Shown here piece by piece: positions 17,492 through 27,789 of a stretch of 64,000 nt of DNA. Location of the stretch: the NCBI GenBank assembly GCA_020056225.1, contig JAGVIE010000030.1, positions 42,492 to 106,491 of the forward strand. Direction: 5' to 3'. Under the pieces are notes generated by a model. That model saw only the letters and a list, made by a program, of their open reading frames with translations. It was not told where the DNA came from and searched no databases. The translations under genes were made by a program, and so were the position numbers. Source of the stretch: Bacteroidota bacterium (GTDB lineage: Bacteria > Bacteroidota > Ignavibacteria > UBA10030 > SZUA-254). The number at the start of each line of letters is the position of its first letter. Within the stretch, counting starts at the first letter, position 1.

Positions 17492-19600
17492 TTAATTTAG
17501 TCCTTTTCTTTTCAAAAGTGCATCAACCTTAGGTTCCGCACCTCTGAATTTTTTATAGAGAACCATAACGTCCTCACTCCCGCCTCTTTCAAGAACGTTT
17601 TTTCTGAAAGAAGCCGCGGTCGCCTGATCGAACAATCCTTTTTCCTTAAACGCTTCAAATGCATCTGCATCAAGAACCTCCGCCCAAATATAGCTGTAAT
17701 ATCCGGCAGGGTATCCGCCGGAAAAAATATGGGCAAAATTCGTGCTTTGATACCGGGATTCGATTTGCGAAATCAGTCCGATGTTTGAGAGCGAATTTTT
17801 TTCAAATGAAGGTACATCTTTTTCGGTTGTGTCAGTCAGAGTGTGCCAATCCATATCGAGAACTGATGCGGCAAGATACTCGATTGTCGCAAAACCTTGA
17901 TTGAAAAGCTGAGAGTTGCGTATCTTATCTATCAATTCCTGCGGCATCGGTTCGCTGGTTTTGTAATGTTTCGCGTACATGTTAAGAACTTCAGGTTCTA
18001 ACGCCCAGTTTTCCATGATTTGGGAAGGAAGTTCTACGAAATCTCTTGGCACCGATTGCGAACTTAAATAAACAGTGTTTGATAATAAACTGTGAAGCCC
18101 GTGACCAAGTTCGTGATAGAGAGTCGAAACTTCGTCCACGCTCATGAGTGAAGGCTTGTCAGCCGTTGGTTTGGAGAAATTACCGACGTTAAATACCAGA
18201 GGGGCGATATATTTATCTTCCATGTTCGATTGATTCCTGAAATTGCCCGACCAAGCCCCGCTTCGTTTACTATCACGCGGATAATAGTCCGAATAAAATA
18301 TACCGATATGTTTACCATCGGCTTCTTTCACTTCATATACTTTTACATCGGGGTGGTAGACTTGTATATCGTTTCTTTCAATAAATTTTATTCCATACAG
18401 TTTAGATGCGACATCAAACGCGCCCTGGCGTACATTTTCCATCTTAAAATACGGGCGCAGCATTTCTTCATCGAGAGCGTATTTCTCTTTCTTTACTTTT
18501 TCAGCGTAGCACAACCAATCCCATGCTTCTAACTTAAAACTCACCCCTTCCTTGTTAATGATGTTTTGCATATCATTAACTTCAGTGTTTGCGCTTTTAA
18601 TAGCCGGCTTCCACAAATCATTTATGAACTTGTATACGTTTTCCGGTTTCTTTGCCATGTTTCTTTCAAGAACAAAATCCGCATAGGTCTTGTACCCTAA
18701 TAAATTTGCCCGTTGAACTCGTAAGGCGGCAATCTTAGATAAAATTTTCTTATTGTTATTATCGTTGTCATTATTTCCGCGGTTAATGTATGCTTTGAAT
18801 ACTTTCTCGCGCAATTCCCGTCTTTCTGAATATTGAAGGAATGGAATGAAGCTCGGTTTCTGAAGTGTGAATACCCATTTACTCTCCTGTTTTTTTGATT
18901 TTGCCATCTCTGCCGCTGAATTTATTACGTCTTCCGGCAAACCTGCAAGATCATTTTTATTATCGACGACTAATCCTATGGCATTTGTTTCCTTCAGAAG
19001 GTTTTCTCCGAACTTCACGGTGATAACGCTCAGCTCTTCGTTAATCTTTCGGAATATTTCCTTCTGCTCGTCGGTTAAATTCGCGCCGCCTCGTACAAAA
19101 CCCTTGTAATAATTTTCGAGAACTGTATTTTGCTCTACTGTCAGTTTGAGATTATCCCTATGATCGTACAATTCTTTCACCTTCGCAAAGAGCTTTGGAT
19201 TGAGATTGATGTCGTCATTATGTTTTGAAAGCATCGGAGCGGTTGTGGTGGCAATCTTTTGCATTTCATCATTCGTATTCGCGTCAATAAGACTCGAAAA
19301 TACGTAGTCAATTTTTGTTAAAAGTTCGCCGCTTTTCTCTAACGCTTCGATTGTGTTTATGAATGTTGGCTTCTCGGTGTTGTTGATAATTGCGTCGATC
19401 TCTGCCTTATGTTGTTTCATGCCCTCTTCATATGCAGGTAAAAAATGTTCGACTTTAATATCATTGAAGGGCGGTGTCGCGAACGGGGTTTTCCATTCTG
19501 TAAAAAAAGGATTTCCCGTATCATTCTGCTCAGAAAGATAATTTAATCCAAACGATAATGTTATTGGAAAAAATAAAGTTAGAAGCATTAAATATTTCAT
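17492..19600 (-). CDS. dcp: M3 family peptidyl-dipeptidase Dcp
   Basis: NPFF...PPF, KRSGAW, HELGH, DFVELPSQIMENW and AGYYSYIWAEVLDADAF. Signal peptide present. Confidence 0.92.
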   Translation of the reverse strand: MKYLMLLTLFFPITLSFGLNYLSEQNDTGNPFFTEWKTPFATPPFNDIKVEHFLPAYEEGMKQHKAEIDAIINNTEKPTFINTIEALEKSGELLTKIDYVFSSLIDANTNDEMQKIATTTAPMLSKHNDDINLNPKLFAKVKELYDHRDNLKLTVEQNTVLENYYKGFVRGGANLTDEQKEIFRKINEELSVITVKFGENLLKETNAIGLVVDNKNDLAGLPEDVINSAAEMAKSKKQESKWVFTLQKPSFIPFLQYSERRELREKVFKAYINRGNNDNDNNNKKILSKIAALRVQRANLLGYKTYADFVLERNMAKKPENVYKFINDLWKPAIKSANTEVNDMQNIINKEGVSFKLEAWDWLCYAEKVKKEKYALDEEMLRPYFKMENVRQGAFDVASKLYGIKFIERNDIQVYHPDVKVYEVKEADGKHIGIFYSDYYPRDSKRSGAWSGNFRNQSNMEDKYIAPLVFNVGNFSKPTADKPSLMSVDEVSTLYHELGHGLHSLLSNTVYLSSQSVPRDFVELPSQIMENWALEPEVLNMYAKHYKTSEPMPQELIDKIRNSQLFNQGFATIEYLAASVLDMDWHTLTDTTEKDVPSFEKNSLSNIGLISQIESRYQSTNFAHIFSGGYPAGYYSYIWAEVLDADAFEAFKEKGLFDQATAASFRKNVLERGGSEDVMVLYKKFRGAEPKVDALLKRKGLN

Positions 19601-19890
19601 TGATGTTTCCTTACGATGTTGTTTGAAATAATGGTTTTAGTATTATTATTGGCATTGAGCGCTGTAAAAGGATACAGTAGAATATTAAGATTAAGAACGA
19701 AGATGAATGTGTTGCCCTGCCTGTATTAATCGAGCAGTCTGAAGTATAGACAGACTATAAATTAAATATCGGCAACGGACGATGATTTAGAAAAGTACAA
19801 AGGAATTACAAGATTATCAAATTAACTCAAGATAGAAATGAGGAATGCCTTGTTACAAAAAATAGATGATACAAATATATTGGTCAATCT

Positions 19891-19919
19891 TTGGATAACA
19901 GTGGAAAAATTCGTAAATT
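19891..19919 (+). promoter_or_regulatory. Putative sigma70 promoter of tRNA-Leu
   Basis: TTGGAT, 17-nt spacer, TAAATT, ending 17 nt before the tRNA. Confidence 0.5.
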
Positions 19920-19936
19920 TCCAATGAAAAAGGCAA

Positions 19937-20020
19937 GCCCGGATGGCGGAATTGGCAGACGCGCTAGCTTCAGGAGCTAGTGGCCGCAAGGTCGTACAGG
20001 TTCAAGTCCTGCTCCGGGCA
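19937..20020 (+). tRNA. tRNA-Leu(CAG)
   Basis: Acceptor stem GCCCGGA/TCCGGGC+A; anticodon arm CTAGC-TTCAGGA-GCTAG; long variable arm; T loop GGTTCAAGTCC. CCA is not encoded. Confidence 0.95.
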
Positions 20021-20174
20021 CATGGAAATATTGTGATGTTAGTAATGTTTAGTTTGATGCTGGCGTAGCTCATGCGCGGATATAATTTTTTTAATAGGTA
20101 ACATTACTTTTCACCAACCAACTCATACCTCAGGTTGATAGTTATTTTATTCAGTAATAAAAAATAGATAAGAC

Positions 20175-21260
20175 ATGCAGATTGGAATTGTAGGGTTACC
20201 GTATTCGGGTAAATCGACTTTATTTCAGACGATAACTAAAACACATATCGATACATCGGCGTTAGGAAAGAACGAAACTCACCAGGCGGTTATCAAGGTT
20301 CCCGACAAGAAGTTAGATAAACTTATAGAAATCTTTTCGCCAAAGAAAACGAATAGCGCAATAATTGATCTCGTAGATGTTATCGGATTGAAGAAAGGTG
20401 ATTCGGGGTCTACACAGTTCACGAGCAATTTTCTTTCGACTGTAAAAACAAACGACGCTCTCGTTCAGGTAGTTCGTCTGTTTGCGGACGATGCCGTTCC
20501 GCACCCCGATGGTTCCGTCGATATGATAAGAGACATCGCGTCTTTTGAAACCGAATTTATCTTGTCCGATCTCTCGATTCTTGAGAGCCGTATCGAGCGA
20601 ATTAAAAAAACATATCAGAAATCCGGCGGGGATCTTCTACTGCGTGAACTGCCGATATTGGAAAAATCTTATGAAATACTCCACGCTGAAAAACCGTTAC
20701 GTGAAGCCGAACTTAGCGATAATGAACTATTCATATTGAAAACATACTCATTGCTCACGCTGAAACCGATGCTGATAGTATTGAATCTCGATGAGAGCCA
20801 GCGTAACGATACGGAAAAATATTTGGAATCCGCCCGCAAGTTGAAAGCAGGCAGGAACACAAAAATGATGTCGTTATTCGGAAAGATAGAATTAGAAATG
20901 TCGGAGCTTTCCGATGAGGATGCCGCGCTTTTCATGAGTGAGTACGGAATAAAGGAATCCGCTCTTCACATGCTGATACGCGAAGCATACGACTTACTTG
21001 GATTGCAATCGTTCTATACTGTCGGTGAAGATGAGTGCCGTGCGTGGACTATCAAAAAAGGAATGACAGCGCAGGAAGCGGCAGGCGTTATTCACAGTGA
21101 TTTTTTCAATAAGTTTATACGCGCGGAAGTCGTTGGTTACGATGACTTTATCAAAAATGGCGGCACATTTGCAAAATCAAAAGAGCAGGGCGTTTGGCGG
21201 TTAGAGGGTAAAGAGTACGTAGTCAATGAAGGAGATATAATTTCGATCAGGCATAGCTGA
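20175..21260 (+). CDS. ychF: Redox-regulated ATPase YchF
   Basis: GIVGLPYSGKSTLF, FYTVGEDECRAWT, AAGVIHSDF, FIRAEV and RLEGKEYVVNEGD. Confidence 0.95.
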   Translation: MQIGIVGLPYSGKSTLFQTITKTHIDTSALGKNETHQAVIKVPDKKLDKLIEIFSPKKTNSAIIDLVDVIGLKKGDSGSTQFTSNFLSTVKTNDALVQVVRLFADDAVPHPDGSVDMIRDIASFETEFILSDLSILESRIERIKKTYQKSGGDLLLRELPILEKSYEILHAEKPLREAELSDNELFILKTYSLLTLKPMLIVLNLDESQRNDTEKYLESARKLKAGRNTKMMSLFGKIELEMSELSDEDAALFMSEYGIKESALHMLIREAYDLLGLQSFYTVGEDECRAWTIKKGMTAQEAAGVIHSDFFNKFIRAEVVGYDDFIKNGGTFAKSKEQGVWRLEGKEYVVNEGDIISIRHS

Positions 21261-21321
21261 AAGTATCCTAATCAAATTTGTCCGTCTCATCCAATGAGAG
21301 TCAATAGGCTTTTTGATACAT

Positions 21322-22308
21322 TTATTTTTTAGAATAATCCGCGTCTATAACTTCATTCTTCCCATCAGTATAAAGCGAATACTGCAGTCCCTTCCCGTAA
21401 CTGCAAGCGCCAACCTCACCGGCTTTGTTCAGTGCTATAAATCCGGCAAGGAAACCGTTATCGTTTTTGTACTTCGGATTTTTATGAATCAAGCGTTCGA
21501 TGGCGAGCCGGCACGCTTCCTGTGGCGATTTGCCGTTCCGCATAAACTCTACAACTAAAAAACTCCCCGCAATTTTAATTACTGTTTCACCAACACCCGT
21601 TGCTGTTGCAGCGCCGACTTCATTATCTACATATAATCCTGCGCCGATAAGCGGTGAGTCTCCAACCCGTCCGTGGATTTTCCATGCCATACCGCTGGTT
21701 GAACATCCTCCGGCAATGTCTCCGTCTTTATTCATAACAAGAAGACCGATTGTGTCATGGTTCTTTTCGCCAATAGGCGGAATGTATTTGCTTTCTTGCA
21801 GCCAATCCCTATATGCCTTTTTTGAATTTTCTGTCAGCAAATCTTCTTTTTTGAATCCCTGCTCAACTGCAAATTGTAATGCACCGTCACCGGCTAATAC
21901 GACATGAGGAGTTCTTTCCATAACCGCTCTCGCAACAGAAATCGGGTGCATTATGTTTTCCAGAAAAACAACAGACCCGGCATTTCCCTTTTCGTCCATT
22001 AAGCACGCGTCGAGTGTGAGGTGACCATCCCGATCGGGATAACCGCCGCGACCGACACTTGTGATCGAAGGGTCTGCCTCGACTAAATTGATTGCTTTCT
22101 CAACCGCATCAAGCACGCTTCCTCCGTCGCGGAGCGTTTGGATCGCAGTTTCATTCACAGGTATCTTGAAATCCCAGGTCGAAATGGCAATCGGTCGGGT
22201 GAGCGTGTTTGATTGTGAGATATTACTAAAAGCGATCGAAGTTTTTGACAAAAGAATTGCAGATGTCCCGGCTAATGCCGTCTGTTTAATGAATGTTCTC
22301 CGTTTCAT
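21322..22308 (-). CDS. N(4)-(beta-N-acetylglucosaminyl)-L-asparaginase (glycosylasparaginase) with Tat signal
   Basis: Start MKRRTFIKQ after AGGAGA. ISTW, SVGRGGYPDRDG, NHDTIG autoproteolysis site and GRVGDSP. Confidence 0.92.
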   Translation of the reverse strand: MKRRTFIKQTALAGTSAILLSKTSIAFSNISQSNTLTRPIAISTWDFKIPVNETAIQTLRDGGSVLDAVEKAINLVEADPSITSVGRGGYPDRDGHLTLDACLMDEKGNAGSVVFLENIMHPISVARAVMERTPHVVLAGDGALQFAVEQGFKKEDLLTENSKKAYRDWLQESKYIPPIGEKNHDTIGLLVMNKDGDIAGGCSTSGMAWKIHGRVGDSPLIGAGLYVDNEVGAATATGVGETVIKIAGSFLVVEFMRNGKSPQEACRLAIERLIHKNPKYKNDNGFLAGFIALNKAGEVGACSYGKGLQYSLYTDGKNEVIDADYSKK

Positions 22309-22345
22309 AAAATGTCTCCTTATCGTGTCGCGCTGAATTAGTGTT

Positions 22346-23944
22346 TTATTTTTGTGCTCTAAAATTGTAACCGCGATATGTGAATCGTTTGTAATGTTCA
22401 TTGAGCCGTTTGCTGAAATCCTCAAAGTTTTTCTGTTTCTTTACCGACCACACGACTTCACTCATAGCAAGCAAACGCGGAAGAACCATATACTCGACGT
22501 GGTTTGTGTTCGGCATGTATTCCGTCCAAACATTTCCCTGCGCGCCTAAGATGTGCTTGGCTTGTTTTGGTTTCAACTCTGCCGGAACAGGTTCAAACGA
22601 ATAGACTTTTTCGATAGACAGGAATCCACCGATTGCTTTCGGTTCACTGTCGGGTTTTGACTGGTAATAATCGAAGTAACAGTGCGAGGTAGGCGTCATA
22701 ACAACATCGTGCTTCGCTTTTGCGGCGGCGATTCCGCCTTCGGTTCCGCGCCACGACATAACGGTGGCACCGGGCGCAAGTCCGCCTTCAAGTATTTCAT
22801 CCCATCCTACAAGCCGCTTTCCTTTTGAGCGAAGAAATCTTTCGATGCGCTGGACGAAGTAACTTTGCAACCTGTGTTCATTGCCGAGCTTGTTTTTTTT
22901 GATTCGTGCCTGGCACTTCGGACAATTTTTCCAGCGTTCTTTCGGACATTCATCACCGCCGATGTGGAAAAATTTTCCGGGGAACAATGGAATTACTTCA
23001 CTCAATACATCTTTGAGAAACTCAAATGTTTTCTCATTGCCCGCGCAGTAAACATCTTCAAAGACGCCCCATGTTGTTCCGACTTCAAATGGTCCGCCGG
23101 TGCAGGAGAATTCAGGATATGCCGTAAGCGCGGCAAGCGCGTGTCCCGGCATTTCAATTTCGGGAACGATGGTGATGAAACGCTCTTTCGCATAATTCAC
23201 GACTTCTTTGATTTCCTCCTGAGTGTAGAAGCCGCCGTACGGAGTGCTGTCGCCCATTGTTTCTTTCCGTTTCGAGCCAATCTCTGTGAGCTTCGGATAT
23301 TTTTTGATTTCGATTCTCCAGCCCTGATCTTCAGTAAGATGCCAATGGAACGTGTTCATCTTGTATGATGATAGGAGGTCGATGTATTTTTTTACGAACT
23401 TCACAGGTGCAAAGTGCCTGCCCACATCAAGGTGCATCCCGCGCCATGTAAAGCGCGGCTTGTCCTCGATTGTTACGCAAGGGATAGACCACTTCACGCC
23501 TGTAACTTGTTCATTCTTTTCTACTTCCGGCGGTAGCAACTGATACAGCGAATGAACTCCGTAAAAAATCCCGGCTGGTGAAGACGATTTAATTGTTACA
23601 GATTTCTCCGTAACGCGTAGTTGATAACCCTCTTTACCAACGCGTTTTAGTTTTTCATCAATCATCAGAATAATGGAATTTTCTTTTTTCTTTGAAGATG
23701 TTCCCAATTCTAACGGGTATCCTGTAACAGTTCGCAGACGTGAGGCAACATGTTCTGCGATTGGTTTGAGTTGATGAGGATTATTCGCGATTATGATTTT
23801 TGTGCTATCGTTCAGCGTAAATGAACCTTCACCCTGTTTGATACTTAATGGTTTGGGTATGATGGAGATGGTGTTTTCCATACTTATAAGATTTGAAAAG
23901 ATTAAGAAGATTGAAAGAATTAGAAGAATTATTTTGAATTTCAT
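22346..23944 (-). CDS. GH20 beta-N-acetylhexosaminidase
   Basis: DKPRFTWRGMHLDVGRHF, HWHLTEDQGWR, PEIEMPGH and HIGGDE. Confidence 0.95.
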   Translation of the reverse strand: MKFKIILLILSIFLIFSNLISMENTISIIPKPLSIKQGEGSFTLNDSTKIIIANNPHQLKPIAEHVASRLRTVTGYPLELGTSSKKKENSIILMIDEKLKRVGKEGYQLRVTEKSVTIKSSSPAGIFYGVHSLYQLLPPEVEKNEQVTGVKWSIPCVTIEDKPRFTWRGMHLDVGRHFAPVKFVKKYIDLLSSYKMNTFHWHLTEDQGWRIEIKKYPKLTEIGSKRKETMGDSTPYGGFYTQEEIKEVVNYAKERFITIVPEIEMPGHALAALTAYPEFSCTGGPFEVGTTWGVFEDVYCAGNEKTFEFLKDVLSEVIPLFPGKFFHIGGDECPKERWKNCPKCQARIKKNKLGNEHRLQSYFVQRIERFLRSKGKRLVGWDEILEGGLAPGATVMSWRGTEGGIAAAKAKHDVVMTPTSHCYFDYYQSKPDSEPKAIGGFLSIEKVYSFEPVPAELKPKQAKHILGAQGNVWTEYMPNTNHVEYMVLPRLLAMSEVVWSVKKQKNFEDFSKRLNEHYKRFTYRGYNFRAQK

Positions 23945-23996
23945 AAGTGGTAGTGATATTAAGTTTAAGATTTACAAGTGTAAATATATGATTAAT

Positions 23997-24818
23997 CTAT
24001 GTGCTAAACCAAAGAAATTTATGTTGAAGACTCCCTAATTCATTTGATGGTTTCCATGTTTTCTTTGTATGAGTAAACATTACCATATCATAAACAAAAC
24101 CAAGACCAATATTCAAGTTTCGATCAAAGAATCTGTCTCTTACTGGAAAAGGCATATCAAGAACTTGCAAAGGGTCAAAGTGAGAATATGACGATAACGT
24201 TTCTAAATTTTTTAAATACGGTGCACTTTTTATATTCATATGTTGTTGAACAAAATCCGCAGAAAGTTCACAACGTTTTTTCCAACGGACTTCATTCTCA
24301 GAAAGAAATCCTTTCTCATGGCGCCAAGACTTACCAAATTTAATACTGCCTACTTTTAAGGGGGATTCCTCAACTGTTCCATTTTCTGTGAACAGATGCT
24401 TGATATCACGTAAGAAATGATCTTTATCAATGATGCTACGAAGTGTAAGAGCCATTTGTATATTTTTGAAATCTGCAAACATGAAAAAATTTCTGATGAG
24501 TCTTTCTCCTTTAACTTTTTCACTTTCGAGGATACTTTCAACCCAGAAATAATCTACTGTTGTTTCAACCAGATTTCTCAAAATATTTCCACTTTCAGAC
24601 AAATAAGCAGGTAACAGTTCAACCATCGCCTTGAGATTGCTTGTTCCAACTGATATACAAGCACCTGAAAATTTATCTACAAGGTTTCCTTTATTTAAAT
24701 CATGAATGAAATCTTGAGATAAGCTCCAAAGCAATTGAATCACTTCACAAAGTTGTTCACGGGTTGGTCTTGGAATTGATTCCCTTGTTGGCTTGGAAAT
24801 ATCAATCAATTTTGACAT
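23997..24818 (-). CDS. Hypothetical AT-rich protein (DUF5677/HEPN-like pattern)
   Basis: 273 aa helical ORF with LRNLVE and YxxxxxxLSSYSH motifs. Family assignment is tentative. Confidence 0.5.
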   Translation of the reverse strand: MSKLIDISKPTRESIPRPTREQLCEVIQLLWSLSQDFIHDLNKGNLVDKFSGACISVGTSNLKAMVELLPAYLSESGNILRNLVETTVDYFWVESILESEKVKGERLIRNFFMFADFKNIQMALTLRSIIDKDHFLRDIKHLFTENGTVEESPLKVGSIKFGKSWRHEKGFLSENEVRWKKRCELSADFVQQHMNIKSAPYLKNLETLSSYSHFDPLQVLDMPFPVRDRFFDRNLNIGLGFVYDMVMFTHTKKTWKPSNELGSLQHKFLWFST

Positions 24819-24884
24819 AACATTTTTCTAATGAAATTGAATTAACATACTTCTCTGAGGTTATTTACCAGCATATCCAAACCC

Positions 24885-26891
24885 CTAATGCTTCTTCACC
24901 ACTTTCAGCAGCACTACTCCATGATATGGCACCTCAGTTTCAAATTGATTCTCGAAAACTCCGATGTCTTTCTGCCGCCAAACATCTCTCACTTTAAACT
25001 TACCGCTGATGCCGATGTCGGTTCCTTTTAATATTGTCTTTGCAGATTTCTTTTCGCCCCAACTGAAGTAACTTGCGGGTTCTTTTTTATCACTTAAATC
25101 GGGATAGAAAAGTCCGACAGCTTTCGAGCCATCTTCCATTTCCTTCATCCAGATTTGCTTGCCGTCTTCGTTAAAGATTCTGCGAGCTTGAATACCGAGC
25201 GGGTCTTGATTGATCTCAATAACTTCATCATTGGTGAGAAGGTTCAAAGTGAAATCATCAAGCCGACTCATATCGGCGCCGATCAGAAGCGGCGAGCAAA
25301 GAAGCGACCACAAGCTGATGTGTGTGTATTGCTCGTCTGGTGTGAGATTGGATGGATGCAACTGAGGTCCCCAGCCAACTAATCCTACTACAAGCATATC
25401 AGGATCATTCCAGTGTCCGGGTCCGGCAAACTTCTCATGTCCCGATTGATTGAAACCGATACCGGACATGCTTGACCAGGTATCTGTAATATCGCCGGTT
25501 GTTCGCCAGCAGTTTCCACCAACTTCTTCGCCCCACTCCCACACATTTCCCATTCCATACTGGCATAGACTGTAGACGATATCACGAGGAACTTTGCTGA
25601 GAGCATCTCGCATAACCTGGTAGGGCTTCTTGAGTTCCGGCAAACTTCTGTCTTTTGCAATCTTGCTGTAAGAGCACCAATCGTATTTTAGATAATCGAT
25701 TCCCCAATCAGCGTATCGTTGAGCATCCTGCAATTCATACTGGTAACTTGCCGTAAAACCTGCGCATGTAAGTGGGCCGGGACCCGAATAGATTCCAATT
25801 TTCAAACCCTTACTGTGGACAATATCAGCCAGCGCTTTCATATCAGGGAATTTTTTATTTGTGTTGATCATTCCGTTCTTATCGCGCAGTTCACCTTGCA
25901 ATTCCGGTTCTTTAGCGTCGGGTTTTATTTCCCAGCAGTCGTCTATATTGATGTATGTCCAACCATGATTGATAAGTCCGGAAGAAACCATTGCATCAGC
26001 AGAAGCACGGACTTTCGCGTCATCAACCGAGCAAGCCCAGCAGTTCCAGCTATTCCATCCCATCGGCGGTGTGAGTGAGATTTGACTTCCTACCTTGATG
26101 CGAAGCTCTCGCCTCGCGTTACCAAATACGTTCTTCGCGCTGAGCGTAACTTTGTATTCACCTTCTTTAATAATTTTTCCTGTAATAATTCCCGTTGCTC
26201 CATCAAGAGATAATCCATCGGGTAGATTTTCTGCCGAGAAGGTCATCGGTCGTTTTCCCGTTGCTGCTATTGTATAGAGAAATGGATTTCCCGGTCGAAC
26301 ACCAAAAACATTCGCTCCGTTTATTTTAGGCAAGTCAGATGGTTTGGGTGTAAGGATGTATGGTTCAACTTTAGTTTTTACGACAATATCAGCCAAAGGA
26401 ATATTTTCCGTTAATTCAATTTTCGCATCGCACCAATCGGCGTGATCATAATCGATCCAATCGCCTGCATCGGTTACCAAAAGTCCAAGTAATTTAACTC
26501 CGCTTATATCGACATCAACTTTTTTCGCCGCATCCGGTTTTTTCATTACGCCGCTTTCCCACAAAACTTTCTTATCGCCGACAACGTAAAACTGAATACT
26601 TGCCTTTTCAGGTACAACTTCATCATCAACACCCACAAAGGCGGTAAATCGTTTTCCTTTGCCGTCAAGATTCAGTAAAAATGTGCTGACGGCATGTGTC
26701 CCAACACCGTGCTCAAATTTTTGTCCTGCTATGATGAGCGGATTTCCTTCGACAGATTTGTTTGCTTCCGGCGTACCCCAGCCGCATTCCATCGCTGAGA
26801 GATCAAGCTCGTCGAGATATATGGACTGGGCAACAGATTGTTGCACAAAAATTACCGCAACTATCAGGATAATGAAACTAAAGTATTTCAT
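24885..26891 (-). CDS. GH27 alpha-galactosidase with NPCBM and Ig-like domains
   Basis: N-terminal GVGTHA...DHADW (NPCBM); TPPMGWNSWN, NIDDCW, DYLKYDWC, WRTTGDI and WNDPDML. Confidence 0.93.
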   Translation of the reverse strand: MKYFSFIILIVAVIFVQQSVAQSIYLDELDLSAMECGWGTPEANKSVEGNPLIIAGQKFEHGVGTHAVSTFLLNLDGKGKRFTAFVGVDDEVVPEKASIQFYVVGDKKVLWESGVMKKPDAAKKVDVDISGVKLLGLLVTDAGDWIDYDHADWCDAKIELTENIPLADIVVKTKVEPYILTPKPSDLPKINGANVFGVRPGNPFLYTIAATGKRPMTFSAENLPDGLSLDGATGIITGKIIKEGEYKVTLSAKNVFGNARRELRIKVGSQISLTPPMGWNSWNCWACSVDDAKVRASADAMVSSGLINHGWTYINIDDCWEIKPDAKEPELQGELRDKNGMINTNKKFPDMKALADIVHSKGLKIGIYSGPGPLTCAGFTASYQYELQDAQRYADWGIDYLKYDWCSYSKIAKDRSLPELKKPYQVMRDALSKVPRDIVYSLCQYGMGNVWEWGEEVGGNCWRTTGDITDTWSSMSGIGFNQSGHEKFAGPGHWNDPDMLVVGLVGWGPQLHPSNLTPDEQYTHISLWSLLCSPLLIGADMSRLDDFTLNLLTNDEVIEINQDPLGIQARRIFNEDGKQIWMKEMEDGSKAVGLFYPDLSDKKEPASYFSWGEKKSAKTILKGTDIGISGKFKVRDVWRQKDIGVFENQFETEVPYHGVVLLKVVKKH

Positions 26892-26919
26892 ATTTACTCC
26901 ATATTCACAAACATAACAA

Positions 26920-27789
26920 TTAAAGATTAGGGAATTCTTTTTCTAAATATTCTTTTACTTGATTTATGTCGGACTGATGCGTCAAATCGATAACGTGTTC
27001 CGATAGAGGGATAGTCATCATGCATTTCGGACATTTCTCGACCATTGTTTTCACTGCGAGCGGTAACTCTTTTTCATCTCGCATTGGGTGAAGGGGAATT
27101 GCATTGAGATAGGGGAAAATCATATCGTATGAGAGTTTGAAAATATTCATACTCACGCCGATTCGCCCCACATCATCCTTAATCTGAGTAATATCGGCGG
27201 CATTAGGCTTCTCAATAAGATCGAGCAAGAATCCTTTTTGGTCCTTTTGAAGAACCGCAAATGCTTCGATGCGCGAGTGATCGAATTGCAGTCCCGATCT
27301 ATCGTAATCGATCATTGAATTTTTATTTGTATCTATAAGAAGCAATTTTAGAGCTTTAACCGAATAGAGATTATCGCTATTGCATACCGTAAATGATTTC
27401 CCTCTCCAACCCGGCTTTGATTGCAGCACTGTGAGCAGTGCATCGGCGGTACCGAGCGGTTTCGTTCTACCATCGGGAATTATTTGTGTCACGTAATCGA
27501 TATTTAATTCACTGAATTGTTTTGCCCCGCCATGCAAGTTGTAATAATCTCTGATAGAAGTATCTTTATCTCCGACGACAATAACCACATTCTTGTATCC
27601 GGCTTCCCGTATGTTATAGAGGATGTAATCCATAAAAGGACGAGTTCCTCTTCCAACACTTAACATTGATTTAGATTTTTGTAGTGTTTCTTTAAGCAAG
27701 ATCGGATCGAGTCCGGCAGATGCTGAAGGAATATTTCTCATGCGGGAAGAAACCCCGCCGGCTAGGATAACAATATTGGGATCATTCAT
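26920..27789 (-). CDS. Sugar-phosphate nucleotidyltransferase
   Basis: ILAGGVSSRM, KPLGTADA, CNSDNLY and IEKP. Confidence 0.85.
   Translation of the reverse strand: MNDPNIVILAGGVSSRMRNIPSASAGLDPILLKETLQKSKSMLSVGRGTRPFMDYILYNIREAGYKNVVIVVGDKDTSIRDYYNLHGGAKQFSELNIDYVTQIIPDGRTKPLGTADALLTVLQSKPGWRGKSFTVCNSDNLYSVKALKLLLIDTNKNSMIDYDRSGLQFDHSRIEAFAVLQKDQKGFLLDLIEKPNAADITQIKDDVGRIGVSMNIFKLSYDMIFPYLNAIPLHPMRDEKELPLAVKTMVEKCPKCMMTIPLSEHVIDLTHQSDINQVKEYLEKEFPNL

Noticed and set aside
19937-20175. Integrative element at tRNA-Leu
   Set aside because: No integrase is present, and I saw no duplicated tRNA 3' end in the window. ychF follows directly.
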